Origin: Leidyana gryllorum EB-2025a
Lineage: Eukaryota > Protista > Apicomplexa
Assembly (NCBI GenBank): GCA_048772705.1
Contig: JBLWGC010000133.1
Coordinates: 149,531-213,530 of the forward strand
Direction: 5' to 3'
Length of the DNA stretch: 64,000 nucleotides
Notes under the pieces: model-generated
Database searches by the model: none
Told to the model about the DNA's origin: nothing
What the model saw: only the letters and a program-made list of their open reading frames with translations
Program-made: the position numbers and the translations under genes
In this document: positions 1 to 10,938 of the stretch, one piece after another
Position numbering within the stretch: the stretch's first letter is position 1
Layout of the letters: each line of letters starts with the position of its first letter

Positions 1-498
1 AGTGTCGATCCTTATTGTTAGTGTCGATCTGGGGAGACAGACAACACTGTCTCAAAAACAAATGCGCCGCCCTACTTGACGAGTGACGGTTATTGTGTCC
101 TGATCAACATAACTAGGAGGCGACATTGATTTGTCGCTGTTCTCAAACTCGATAGTGACCTGACGACGCCCGACATTGTCGGTCAGACTCAATTGTCTCA
201 GCTTACAGCCGCGCTGGTAACACCAGCGGCGCCTCGTTTGTAGATCAGTTCGGTGATATCTTTCACACGCATCTATAATCACAGTACAGAGAGAGTGTCA
301 GATGATATGTTGTTGATCGTCGTCCAATACCTGCGCCCCAGGTCGAAACCCCATGGCAAAGCAGATGCCATCAAATATGTTCGACTTCCCGGTTCCATTA
401 GGTCCCGTGATGGCATTAAATTGGGGGTGCAAATGGTCAATTGTCACACGGTGGCTGTAAGATTTGAACCCCTCCAGGGTCAAGCGCACAATACGCAT
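1..498 (-). CDS. SMC2: Condensin SMC2-type ATPase, N-terminal part (gene runs off the left edge)
   Basis: ATG at 498; MRIVRLTLEGFKSY...FNAITGPNGTGKSNIFDGICF (Walker A), spliced (e.g. intron 273-330) to MRVKDITELIYKRGAAGVTSAA|VTIEFENSDKSMSP...ITVTRQ, a typical SMC2 N-terminus. Confidence 0.9.
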
Positions 499-555
499 GA
501 TCTTGACGGCCAGCCCCCTTCCAAATACTATCAAAAATCCGAAAGAACCATCTCA

Positions 556-1606
556 CTACTTTCCAGGACCTGCCCATTCTTCCAAAATATCGGTGTACCA
601 TGTATCCAGGAAACCGATACGAGCTGTCACAGAAGCAACAGCGTCAGCCAACTTGACATTGCGGTGCTTTATCAGATGCCACCCCCCCAAAATACTCGCA
701 TAGTCACAACCACTCTCATCAATTATCTGCCAAAAGTCGATCAACGAATCTATCAGCCCACACTCTCAACTAAACTCACCAAGATGTTCCCCCGACCCTT
801 CTTCGGCGGCTTCTTAGCCGCATATTTCATGTACACCGATACGACAAAGTCGTCCGGTGTCGGGTTATCATCAAAGGCAGTATTCTCCAGATTGATCCCA
901 GGAGTCTTCACGAACAAGCGCCGTGACGATATATTGATAATCGTGGTACAATACAGTCTACTGATGATGGCTTTCGCACGGAGGAAGTGCACTCTGTGGA
1001 TGGCATAAGTTCCAACATGGGTCTTTGTCGGCGGTACCAACTCCACAGGCCCGGGTAAACTATCAGCAGTGTCCGATTTGTGCATCGTGAACCGAAACCG
1101 TTTGTAAAAGTCATTGAAGGTGCCTACAGGAGGGAGATCAATAGTGGTGATGGCCATGACACACACGTGTGTGACGGAGACGGCACACAATCATTAAGCA
1201 GTATCTACAGTTGCACAAGTGCAATATAAGTACCTTCTAGCACATAGACACCCTTGGGGGGCGTCTCACAGGTTTCCAACTTCTTGACAAACTCTTTAAT
1301 CTTGTTGTCACCTGCTTTAGCCCCATACAAGAGAATCAGCATATCCCAGGCCCAGCTCAGATCCTCTCCAGTATCATTGAGTTTAGCCCCCACAATGTGT
1401 CTTTTGTTGAATTCGGGCCCATTTCGCAGGTCAAAGATGGCATAGTAGTCTGGCCACACAGCTGCCTGTTGGACGAGACAATAGAATCGGGAAGCAGAAA
1501 CTGTTTGAAGTTCAAAGGGATCGGTTTTGGGGGTGATGGGGCCAGCAGGGGGAGGTGGATAGCCAGTGGGTTTCTCTAATGGTTCCTTAGATATCTTCTG
1601 CCCCAT
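556..1606 (-). CDS. N-myristoylated rhodanese + degenerate dual-specificity phosphatase (MKP/MK-STYX-like pseudophosphatase)
   Basis: MGQKIS N-terminus; rhodanese motifs IFDLRNGPEFNKRHIVGA and VYVLEG|GTFNDF (intron 1124-1233); DSP-like TTIINIS and GNIL|IIDESGCDYASILGGWHLIKHRNVKLADAVASV, lacking HCxxGxxR. Confidence 0.6.
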
Positions 1607-1664
1607 GTTGAGAGTGTCCAGAGCACAAGCTCATGCACATGCACTACACGTCTCTAGCCGCTGT

Positions 1665-2031
1665 CTATCCTCCGCGCAATTGCAGCACCATATGGAGCGA
1701 GTCTCCAGCCTTACATCCGACATGACTTAACACTACATCGTCAGCGAGCTGTTTTCCAGAGTAGATGAGCTTGATTTGCTCCATGGCAATACCTTCCTTT
1801 TCCTGCAAGAGCAAGCGCGAAGAGTTAAGCAGGGGCGGGAGAGTGAATATGGGGGAGACGGTATGGGAGAGGGGAGTGTGTGTGTTCCTCCATTTGGGGG
1901 AGTGGCGTCACAAAGGCTGGTGGTGTGGGGGTCATTACCTGAAGTGTCCATTTGACAAACTTCACGTCGGCTGTGGAGTCAACATCCAACTCTGTGCGCT
2001 TGCCAGCGAGGGTCTGAATGTAAATAATCAT
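1665..2031 (-). CDS. NEDD8: NEDD8/Rub1 ubiquitin-like modifier, 76 aa
   Basis: Two exons give MIIYIQTLAGKRTELDVDSTADVKFVKWTLQ|EKEGIAMEQIKLIYSGKQLADDVVLSHVGCKAGDSLHMVLQLRGG*; LIYSGKQ and a non-Arg residue 72 favour NEDD8 over ubiquitin. Confidence 0.8.
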
Positions 2032-2470
2032 ACTGCACCCAAACGATGTGGCCACCACGTGCACGGAGTCAGACCCTTATTCCTTTCGTCACTGAGCTGA
2101 GGCAAGGACCTATATTAGTTGTTTTGTTGTCTCCACACGATTTGACCGCCAATCGCTATACTCGATGGAAGCACCCAGCTACTGACTTTGACTCTTTCTG
2201 CTCTCTCATTAGCACTCGATGGAACAAATCACCTCAGCTGAAAGGACCGCCCCCAGACATACCCTTAGACAAACAGCATAAACAATATGTCAGGCGCAGG
2301 CGACTCTCATTAAGTCTCATCGTCCTCGGTTCTATCATATCTCTAGCTGCACTCTCCTCCTTCTACGCTGCCGCTCCCACCTTAGCTCTCATTGCCCTCT
2401 GTTCCTACCTGATTCAGTACACTGTGTCCCATTGATGAGACCGAGTGTGTCTACACCCTGTGTGATGGTA

Positions 2471-2497
2471 TGTGCGCGCGTGTGTGTGTGTGTGTGT
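2471..2497. repeat. (TG)n/(CG)n microsatellite
   Basis: tgtgcgcgcgtgtgtgtgtgtgtgtgt. Confidence 0.8.
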
Positions 2498-2679
2498 CAA
2501 ACTGTGTGGCTCGCTGCCCGACCCGAGCTGTTCAGCTCACTGTTGACGTTCTCCTCATTGGAGTACTCCTATGTCTGACCTCCACTATCTAACTATCTGT
2601 ATATCAAAGTCTCATCTGTCATTTCGGATAGCAAACATAGCGTTCGCCAAAGGTCGGTCGCAGCGGTGGTGTAAATGAA

Positions 2680-5431
2680 TTATCGTGCGCACCGTCGGAT
2701 CCCGACTGGCGGACTTGGAGGAGTGAGATGGGTGGAGAGGACCCTATTGCCGTTTGGGCCGGCGCCTGCTGCACTCCGATACTCGCTGCCGTAAAGACTG
2801 CGATCCTCCGAGAAGAGGTCATCCTCGTCCTCCTCAGTTCCATCGTGGCGTCTATCTCCGGGGCGCGGATGGTGAGTCAAGTATATACGTTCATATTGCT
2901 CGAACAACAACCCATACTGATTATGTGCTGCCTGCAGAGACCTGCATGGGATTAGAGCTTCTTCGTCAGACAAAACCTACTTTTGCAGGCGATCTATTGT
3001 CACCTCTCGTACAGCCAAATGCTGTTCCAACAACCGCCGCTTAGCCTCCGCTTCGGCATACCTGTCGGCCAACTCTTGAACTTGGGCATACAACAATGTC
3101 AACGCCTGGAAGTGGTCGCTTTGGCCGCCGAGGACCCCGTCACTGCAGAGTTATACAAACCGTCCACATCGGAAAGCGGTACGCTCACCTGATCTCGGAG
3201 GCCGAAAAACAGCTCTCCATTCGCGGTACGGACGTTATTGTCGCCCCTCCACGATTCGTTGGCGACCGCACTTCGCGTTCTGAGCTGCCCACCCTAGACA
3301 AGGAATACCGTTGGGCCAACCACTTTTGGTAATGGAATGACTCGGGTGAACACGACTCTCCGCAGCAACACTCCGCCGCCGTCCGCTTCTCGGGTGCGTC
3401 TACAAACTCTTCTTTGGCTTCCGCCTCGCAGACCTGTCGATGCCGGACAACCGGAGTCCCTTCGCTGGCCTCGGACCGGGCAACTGAGGGCACCGGCCGT
3501 GGCACCGATATCATTTCAAGATCCGGAAGCGACAGTTTAGACCGCGCTTGTGACACGTCCGCGGGCAACTTCAGACCGGCATTCTGCACAACATCGTCAT
3601 CGATCAGACGCGAGACAGGAATGGCACACGAGACATGAGAGTGGCACACGAGACATGAGAATGGCACACGAGACATGAAAATGGCACACGAGACATGAAA
3701 ATGGCACACGAGACACGAGATATGTTGCTTAGACGATGTATCAGTACCTGTATGAGGACCTCCAACGAGGAAGCATAAGTCTGAGAAACTCATTGTATGC
3801 CCAGAGACGCTCGTTGTCAGGCTTACCGCAATTTCAGCAAGTTCTCGAGATTTTGCCTCCAGGAGTAGTGCGAGTGTTTCTCTCGAGATCGTTTCGTTCT
3901 TGGAGACCACATTGGTCACTTTCTGACTTCGTTGTCCGAACCGCAGTGTATTGCAGGTTTCTCCTTCGCAACTTGGATCGGTTGATATACAAACGATCAT
4001 ACAAGTGTGTCCATTGCCACCGAGTGAGTCCTGTAAAGCCCTTGTCAAGAGAGCGTTCCGATATGGAACGTGGGCGGCCTTCCTTTCCGTGGCCAAAACG
4101 TCAATCACCAGGCCTGAGGATCAAAGGCGCGATGGATTTCCCACTCAATCAAAGCCACCCCCTCCTCACCGAGAGTCGTCAAGCTCAAGTTGATCGTTTT
4201 GCTCTCTTCCATTGTCGCTTGATCAGCCTTAGTCCTTGCGAGGCGTTCACTGCCAGCCAAATCCACCAGATTCAACTTGCTCGTCTGCGTGGACGGCATC
4301 AGCAGTGGGTCAGAGCTCTGATAATGACTCACTGTTGTCACCCCATTTGTGAGCTGGTGTCGGACCAAATGGAGTCCTACGATTAAATGACTGCGTGAAC
4401 TATGCAGATTGAGCGTAGTCGCCGCAGTCGCTCTCTGACGTCTTCCAGAGTCGTAGAGTCGAAAAAACTGCTCTTCATCTTCGATGAGTCTGCCAGAGCG
4501 AATGAGTGTGTGTCTCACACACCACCTTCACCCCCCCCACACACACACGGGCACTTACGCTTGTTGCAAACCTTCTATTGAGATCTCTTGATTGGGAGTC
4601 TCTCTAATTTTGATATCATTGGAGTATTGACCATTTCCTAAGAGATCTCTGATTTTCTCGCAATAGATCTCGAACATTATAAACTGAGGTGAGAAGATGC
4701 CGGAAAGAGAGAGGGAGAGAGAAAGTGTTACCCTTAATTCGTAATGATTCTCGTTGTCAGCGTGGCCTCTGATGTGTCTTAGAACTTCGTCAACTACTCG
4801 AGGAACAATTCCTTGACGATCAGGATCTGTGCGACGGTGGATTGAAAGGCCGATAGTGGCAAGCGCCCACTGACCATTGACAATTCCTTCCAGCGTGTAG
4901 GTCTTTCCGGTGCCGGACTGTCCGTAAGCCAGAATGGTGCCGTTGTACCCCTCCAAAAAGGCTTCGGTAGTGTCAGCGGCAGCCCGTCTATATACCTGAG
5001 GGGTGGGAGATTAGAGGAGAGGGTTTGATTTCGCAGGGGAAAGAAGGGAGGAGGAATGTTGAACTTGCCTCTTCCTGGCTGACTTCGGGCTCGAAGACGT
5101 GATCAAACTTGAATACTTGATCCAGACGCTGTTGTTGCGATACAACTTTGATGGAGGTGGGATCCCTCGGGTTGATGGTCAGGAAACCCCCTTTCTGGTA
5201 GTCTCTCATCCGGACACTGACTGCGATTCTCTGCACGCGGTCGGACTTGCGATCATTGGCGTTCGTTGTACCATCCGCGGTGTCACGTGACAGGGCATCC
5301 GTTATTCGGGTTGCCGACGTAACACTAGAGATGACCCTCTGCTTATTGGCAGCGAACGTTCGATTCAGTGCCCGCGAAGGAGGGAGGGTAACAGCAACAG
5401 CATCAGTTGGAGACGAGTCCTCAAACATCAT
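2680..5431 (-). CDS. Kinesin motor protein (N-terminal motor, low-complexity/coiled C-terminus); multi-exon, 3' end approximate
   Basis: FKFDHVF, EGYNGTILAYGQSGTGKT (P-loop), EIYCEKIRDLL, NLHSSRSH (switch I), LNLVDLAGSER (switch II), HVPYRNALLTRALQDSLGGN, ETCNTLRFGQR. Confidence 0.9.
3611..3720. repeat. 20-bp minisatellite (about 5.5 copies) inside a kinesin intron
   Basis: Contiguous units of atggcacacgagacatgaRa with no spacers. Confidence 0.9.
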
Positions 5432-5467
5432 TGACAACACCAAGACAGAAATTCAATAATATTACAA

Positions 5468-6445
5468 CTACTTGTTGGCTCTGGCCGTAAAAGGGGCTGG
5501 GGGGTCTAATACCCCAATCGGATTTATACGAGCCCAAGTGCGGAAAGACAGGTCGTGCACCCATTCGTTCTGGTTCTCGGGGTACTTTGTCAACGCCCGA
5601 ATCGGCGGGTTACTCGGACTGATCCATACGCGACCCAAACTTTGGTCTCCGCCTGCAAGTTGAAGTACGAATGAGACAAGATTCTCTCTGGGGCTGCACA
5701 AACACTTACCAATGAAACCAGAGTTGAGCGGGTTGGAGTGGAAGGAGAACTCATCGCCGATTGGAGTGGTGTAGTCGACGTCATAGAATCTCCCCTCGGG
5801 GGTGGCGGCGCCCTCTGAAGTCTCGAACTGAAGCTTTTCTGGCAGCCTCTTGCTGCGCAGAAGTGATGATTGCCATTGTTTGAAGATCTCTTCGTTGGTC
5901 AATGACTCATCTACGCCATCGACTTGAAAAAGGAGTACGCGTTCCCGCGGTTTTATCTGCGGAGGAACAAAAAATGGTTCCACTTCCACTGATTAAGACT
6001 CACTTCGACGCCTTCTAAAGGATTTACGGTCTTTCCGGGGGATCCTTTGACCATATAGAACCCGTTGTAATTGATCAAGTCAGACACGTAGAGATCTGGA
6101 CGGTCATATGACTGATAATCGTCAGCTGTCAGCCGGGCTCTCCGGCGTCTGCCCAAGCGCCGTTTTGGAAATCTCGAGTTCAATGGGAAGTAGGTACTGT
6201 CCCATTTGACATGTTTCTGCACAGTTAGGCAGGATGCACAACAACAGTCGCGCACTCACCCTTTTGAAAGCCGCCACATCCTCCCACTCGCAATCGTCCA
6301 CCCGCTTGGCGGTCTCCTCCATTTGGTCATCATCTTCGCTGTCAGAGGAGGAGGATCGGTTCCCTTGTTCACTTTTGACTTGAGGAGTGGGCGGGGGTGG
6401 CCCACTTGAAGAGCTGTCAGAGTCTGCTGAAGAGGAAGTAACCAT
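5468..6445 (-). CDS. Hypothetical protein (Ser/acidic N-terminus), about 4 exons
   Basis: ATG at 6445 (MVTSSSADSD...); GTGAG...CAG introns join ORF pieces 6122-6814, 5953-6255 and 5468-5989; no family recognised. Confidence 0.6.
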
Positions 6446-6476
6446 TTTGGGGCCAAAAAAACCACTCTCACACAGT

Positions 6477-7785
6477 ATGGATGGTAAGCCACAATGGTCA
6501 CAACTCACTGAACGTTTGGTGCAGACGCTCAACTCTTCGACGAGGACGATGTATTCCCGGATGAGCAGCCCCTGGTGACGGGCGAAGACGAGCTGGCAGA
6601 CGAGGACGACGACGCACGTTTGCCACACAACTCTCGGCGTGAGTGGTTCTGAGATTTCTTTCCGTATCGATTGCAGTGTCTGAGGACGAAGATGACGACG
6701 GTTTGGCGCCCAAGAAGATTCGGATGGCCACCAACCCCCCCTCCCAGTCGCTGATGGGAGGTACTTCAGATATGCACTCGGCCCGGCCCAGTAGTAAACG
6801 AGCGCGAACAACAAACGGTGGTGAGACGCCGAAGAGTGCTAAGCGGCGCAAAGGCGAAAGCAAAGTGAGTGGGAACCCGATCCACGTCGAATATGTGTAC
6901 CTTTCTCTCTTCAGAAGCGTAAAGGTGAAGGGGATGCTCGGCCGGCGACAGAGTTCGAACAAGCAATGGAGAGAGTAAAAGCTCAACGACGAAAGAAACA
7001 AGTTACACAAGAAGAAGCCGCTGAACGGGTCCAATCAATGCTCCAGAAAATGAGAGATATGGCCGATCAAGATGACGCGCGTTTGGCCGCTGGTAAACCC
7101 GCTATCGGCAAGTTGTCCATCGTTGACAGTGTTGCGGCCGAAATTGCCAAACCTGTCTGGACACAATGGTACCTTCAGGAAGGTTTGGTCCCTGTAATAG
7201 AAAGATGGCTCGGCCCCCTTCCAGACGGTGGTCTGCCCAATCTGACTCTCAGATCTAAAATACTCACGCTGCTATCCAGACTACACGTAAGACGATCCTC
7301 GCAGCAACTTGAGTCACCAAATCTTCACAGATGTCACCAGACTATCTGTCGGGCTCTTTGTTAGGCGAGCGATTACTGGAGATCTGGAAACATCCCGAGG
7401 AAACAGAGGACAACCGGCAGTTAATTCGGAAAATCTGCACTCATTTGGTCAAGCCCATCCTGCAGCCCCGATCCTACAACGCCGCAAGTCACTACGAAGC
7501 CATGGGAGTTGCAGCAACACCCGTTCCTGCCTCAGCAAGTAAGTTCGCACACACGTGTGTGGCACTCAAAAGCGTCTTCCAGGTCAACAAGCGGCTGTGG
7601 TACGCAGTGACTTTCGAGCAGCTATCCCGCGAGTGCAGGCGCGCACTTTTAGGGTGGCGCCGCGGTCGCATGTTACCAGTGATGCAGGTTTAGGGGGCGG
7701 TGGGGAGGGTGAGCGTTTTTCGCGTGCTGTGGATAACCAACGGAGTCGGGGACCGGCGGGTCGTAAACGGGGCGTCCGTGCCTAG
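6477..7785 (+). CDS. IWS1: Transcription elongation factor IWS1/Spn1 (TFIIS N-terminal domain)
   Basis: Acidic N-terminus; MADQDD...GKPAIGKL, WLGPLPDGGLPNLTLRSKIL, WKHPEETEDNRQLIRKICTHLVKPI. Confidence 0.85.
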
Positions 7786-7960
7786 TAGTGACAAAGATAA
7801 GGTGTGCGCGAACAAGCGCAGATTTTTAGGTTATCGGCTGAAGAACACACACACGTATATGGGCGGGGACGCGCAGGAGCCACGGAACCGCGGTGTGTGG
7901 GGCGGAGAGGGTATCAGTGAGGATGGTAGTCCTCATGTGGTCGGCAGCTCGCCCTGGTTG

Positions 7961-10578
7961 ATGGCTGATGAAGGGGGGGCGGCGAGTCCTGCCGAGGGGA
8001 GTGGTGCTGTCAGTCCGACTACCGCTGCCATGGTGGCTGCCGCTGGCCCAATGGCGTTGTCGATGCGGAAGAGGGTCGTTTGGTATTTTCAACGGGCTCG
8101 TTTCTACTTGCGTGACGCAGAGCGGCAGTTGGGATGGGCGGCAAAGTGTGGAGGCACCAATTTCTCTGTATGGGAGATTATTGCTGCCGTGATAATATGG
8201 GCGATTCTGTTAATAGTGGTGGTACAGTTCGCGTTGGAATCGGCCAAGGCGCGTCCTTTAATGGTGGGCACTCGACTGACGAAGGGTTTGAGCGAGGCGA
8301 GTGGGAGTGACAAGGAGTTCGCCGATCAAATGGCACAAGCGTTCGGTGAATGGAAAGATCTGCAAGAGAAGTACCCGGCCAAGTTTCAGAACTTCAGCCA
8401 ATACCTCATGGAAGAGAAGATGAAAGAGACGCGCCTCCGACGTAAATTGAATAGGTTGAGCAAAAAGAGCCTCAATATGGTTTCAAGTATCGTTGTTCCC
8501 CCCGCTCAACCACCACCTCCTTACAGCAAAGAGGAGGACTACGAGCTGAAATGGACCTACCTGGCTGATGAGAAGGCCTGGCCATACGTGGGCTCAGAGA
8601 GATATCTTGATAGATTCAAGTCTGATTCACGACACTATTACAACTCACTCGCCGTATTCCCCCACTCCAACCGTACACGCCTCCATGGACTCGTTGGTAT
8701 CTGGCCCAATGGCACCCGCGCATGGCAACCCGACCCAATGCCACCTCCCATCGAAGAATATCCTGGTGGCAAAGCCGAGGCCCTCAAGAATGGAGGTTTC
8801 TACTTTAATCTTAGCAACGCTCTTCCACTCGATCGAGACGGACCAGACGGACGCGAACCCTTCTGCAAGGACGAATATTATGATCTCGCCGAGTACGAAG
8901 ACGTATCTGTTATCATTACCTTCTATAATGAACCCCCCTCAACCCTCCTTCGTTCCGTGCATTCAGTACTGAATCGCACTCCCCCACCCCTTCTGAGAGA
9001 AATCATTCTTGTTGATGACCACTCCAACAACACCGAAAATATGCCTGGTGGTTACATATATGAATACATCAAACTCTTGCCCAAAGTCAAATTGGTACGG
9101 CCTTTCCATCGAAATCATCCATCTTCCCACCATCGTGCCTGTGTAGATGCGTCAGCCCGAAAGACGTGGATTAGTGCAAGCGCGATTAGCTGGAGCTAAA
9201 TTAGCAAAGGCTCCCATCATCGTGGTACTCGACTCGCATATTGAAGTCAACATCCATTGGCTCGAACCTCAACTCAAACGGCTTAAAGAAAGCCCCAAGA
9301 GTGTCGTATTCCCCCAGATCATGTCGATTGACTCTGAAAACCTCAATCAGCGTCAAGACGCTGGTATAGGGTAAGTCACTGCCACCACACAACACACGTG
9401 TGTGCGTCCGACCGGCCCAACTCATATCACCAATCACAATCCAGATGCTTCTTGAGCTTCAAATGGGTCATGCAAGAACGTCCCTACTTTACCAAGGTTG
9501 ATAGTGTTGATCCTGTGCCGTCACCATCAATGGCCGGAGGTCTATTCGCGGTACGACGTGACTGGTTCTTTGAGTCTGGGGGCTATGATGACGAGTTCCA
9601 AATGTGGGGTGCGGAGAATGTGGAGATGGCTTTCCGTATTTGGATGTGCGGTGGCCGGGTTGAATGCACACCATGTGCCAGAACCTACCACATTTATCGG
9701 CATGGGGGTAGCGGCTATAAGAGTCCTGGTGAATACATTCGACGGAACAGATTGAGGACAGCCAGAGTGTGGCTAGACGACTATTGGCAGCTGAGTAAAG
9801 AGTTCGTTGGCGAGCACGACGTCGACATGGGACCGTTCGATAAGGTGAGCGAGTGGCATTGGCTAACGATCACCAGTTTCCCTAGATGTTGGATCTCAAG
9901 GAACGTCTACAATGCAAGAATTTCCGATGGTTCCTCGAAAATGTAGATCCGAAACGGGAAGGTACCGATATGGAGCAATTCGGGATCTTGGGCGAAATTC
10001 AAAACCTCGGAGACCCCCAGCAGAAACTCTGTATTGATGAAATGAGCAGGAAGGAGGGAGGTGAACCATACGAGTTGTACCGCTGTCACGGCCAACGGGG
10101 AGCCCAAGGGTGGTTCGAGACTCGGTGAGTGGTTCTGAGACTCTTGAGTATGAGATCCTCTCGATATGTAGGGATGTGAAGAGAATTCGGAATATGTCGC
10201 ACGAGGGTCTGTGTATGGGTCATCACTTCAAGATGACTCATTGCGATCAGCGCAACAACGACGATCGATGGGTTAGTATTCCGGAGCACCAGTGGTTGGC
10301 GTGGCAGAAGCCTGGCACGCCGGACGACAACGTGGACTACCTGAATTCTGCGGCGTGGGAGTGTTTGGGAGTTGACTACTCTAGCCGACCGGTAAGGGGG
10401 CAGATCTAAGCACTATGGTTGTTGTTGTTAGGCCAAGTTGACGTGGTACGCTTGTGACTACGACTCTAAACACATCAAGTGGGGTTACAAGCACTTCCAA
10501 GTCGATCCCAGCTTCGAAGGGCCTACCCGACGTCCCACAGAGAAATTGCCGGGGCTGTTGGGTAACCCCAAGAATTAG
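7961..10578 (+). CDS. Polypeptide N-acetylgalactosaminyltransferase (GT27) with ricin-type lectin domain, paralog 1
   Basis: Type II TM (IIAAVIIWAILLIVVVQF); SVIITFYNE, EIILVDD, LDSHIE (DxH), SMAGGLF, WGAENVEM; ricin-like CHGQRGAQGW; last exon ends PKN-TAG at 10578. Confidence 0.93.
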
Positions 10579-10890
10579 AGGTGGAGGTAGTCTGACATGA
10601 TGAGCAGACTCTTGAGTTGAGTCTCGTTGAGAGATTCCATTCTCTCTTCCAAAGTTTGCAGCATTCGTCGTCGGACATCCACACTGAGATGAGATGAGAG
10701 TTGTTGGAAGCTCCCAAACTACTCACTTAGTTTCGTTTCGTGTTTCTCGGTCGAGGCCTACCAGTCCGCGGGTTTCCTCGTCCAAATACTCCAGCGTCTT
10801 CTCCACTTCTGTCTGGGTTAGTCGCAAACGGGGTACGTAGAGGGGGCTCGGCCACTCGTCGTCGGCAACTGCTGCTGGTGTACCACTCAT
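10575..10890 (-). CDS. Small two-exon hypothetical protein (~90 aa), not in the ORF track
   Basis: ATG at 10890, intron 10684-10726 (GTGAGT...CTCAG): MSGTPAAVADDEWPSPLYVPRLRLTQTEVEKTLEYLDEETRGLVGLDRETRNETN|VDVRRRMLQTLEERMESLNETQLKSLLIMSDYLHL*. Confidence 0.65.
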
Positions 10891-10938
10891 GGCCCCCTTT
10901 TTTTGTCGATTCCAATTCTGGTAGACTTGCTGTGACTA

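Noticed and set aside
253-1008. 251-aa plus-strand ORF
   Set aside because: Antisense to SMC2 and the pseudophosphatase, with a non-ATG start
3611-3720. CRISPR-like short repeats
   Set aside because: Units are contiguous with no unique spacers, lie in a eukaryotic intron, and no cas genes are present; it is a minisatellite
7700-7960. N-terminal extension of ppGalNAc-T1 shown in the ORF track
   Set aside because: Starts at a GTG inside IWS1; ATG 7961 is the more plausible start (an in-frame ATG near 7859 cannot be excluded)
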